A model generated the notes under the pieces. It saw nothing but the letters and a program-made list of their open reading frames with translations, was not told the DNA's origin and searched no databases. Positions 33,651-33,718 of a DNA stretch of 33,718 bases are shown piece by piece. Numbering within the stretch: the first letter of the stretch is position 1; each line of letters begins with the position of its first letter. The position numbers and the translations under genes are program-made. Source of the stretch: an uncultured Methanomassiliicoccaceae archaeon (lineage in GTDB: Archaea > Thermoplasmatota > Thermoplasmata > Methanomassiliicoccales > UBA472); contig CAZCNG010000003.1 of assembly GCA_964500045.1 (NCBI GenBank), positions 1 to 33,718 on the forward strand, in the 5' to 3' direction.

Positions 33651-33718
33651 ATGACTAAGAAACCCATGGTGTGGATGGACGGTGTCCTGATGGAGCAGGA
33701 GAAGGCTGTGGTGCCGCT
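33651..33718 (+). CDS. probable branched-chain amino acid aminotransferase, first 22 codons (continues past the right edge)
   Basis: My translation from the ATG at 33651 is MTKKPMVWMDGVLMEQEKAVVP, which matches the usual IlvE N-terminus (x-I/V-W-x-N/D-G-x-L-x-x-x-E-x-A-x-V). It is not in the ORF track because no stop lies inside the window. The fragment is very short. Confidence 0.45.
   Translation, partial: MTKKPMVWMDGVLMEQEKAVVP

Noticed and set aside
1-33718. Looked for CRISPR repeats, tRNA/rRNA, IS elements, integrases, toxin-antitoxin pairs and long inverted or direct repeats flanking the giant operon
   Set aside because: None found by eye. The only clear DNA repeat is the in-frame 414-bp duplication at 10630-11457. 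An exhaustive computational repeat and tRNA scan was not possible.

Overview
High-GC (roughly 60% by eye), densely coding chromosomal segment. It reads as archaeal, most likely a methylotrophic methanogen of the Methanomassiliicoccales/Thermoplasmata type. That placement is inference from: an 'LLWWLIAG' winged-helix regulator, a receiver domain ending 'GADFYLQKGG', a histidine-kinase H-box 'RHDIINQ', a corrinoid methyltransferase operon and a DUF2117-like gene. I support 27 protein-coding genes. Two run off the window edges and are absent from the supplied ORF track. I saw no rRNA, tRNA, CRISPR array, transposase, integrase or phage structural gene. Ordinary content: SulP anion permease, two flavodoxins, agmatinase, a PurN-like formyltransferase, a PaaI thioesterase, proA-proB-proC, a PhzF-like isomerase, a SAM methyltransferase and a UbiA prenyltransferase. 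Two regions stand out. (1) 10546-18610 is an 8.1-kb two-gene operon encoding proteins of about 1405 and 1279 aa with no catalytic motif I can recognise. The first has a Sec signal peptide, two tandem cohesin-like modules, one TM helix and then about 1050 aa on the predicted cytoplasmic side. A prokaryotic pentameric ligand-gated ion channel gene lies upstream and an output-less REC-3xPAS gene lies downstream. (2) 26387-33449 is a tightly coupled same-strand cluster: corrinoid protein, a URO-D-type methyltransferase lacking the HxC zinc motif, a RACo/RamA-type corrinoid activase fused in one ORF to a GAF-like/histidine-kinase module, a DUF2117-like gene, UbiA and a flavodoxin. All family calls come from reading translated motifs by eye; no database search was run.
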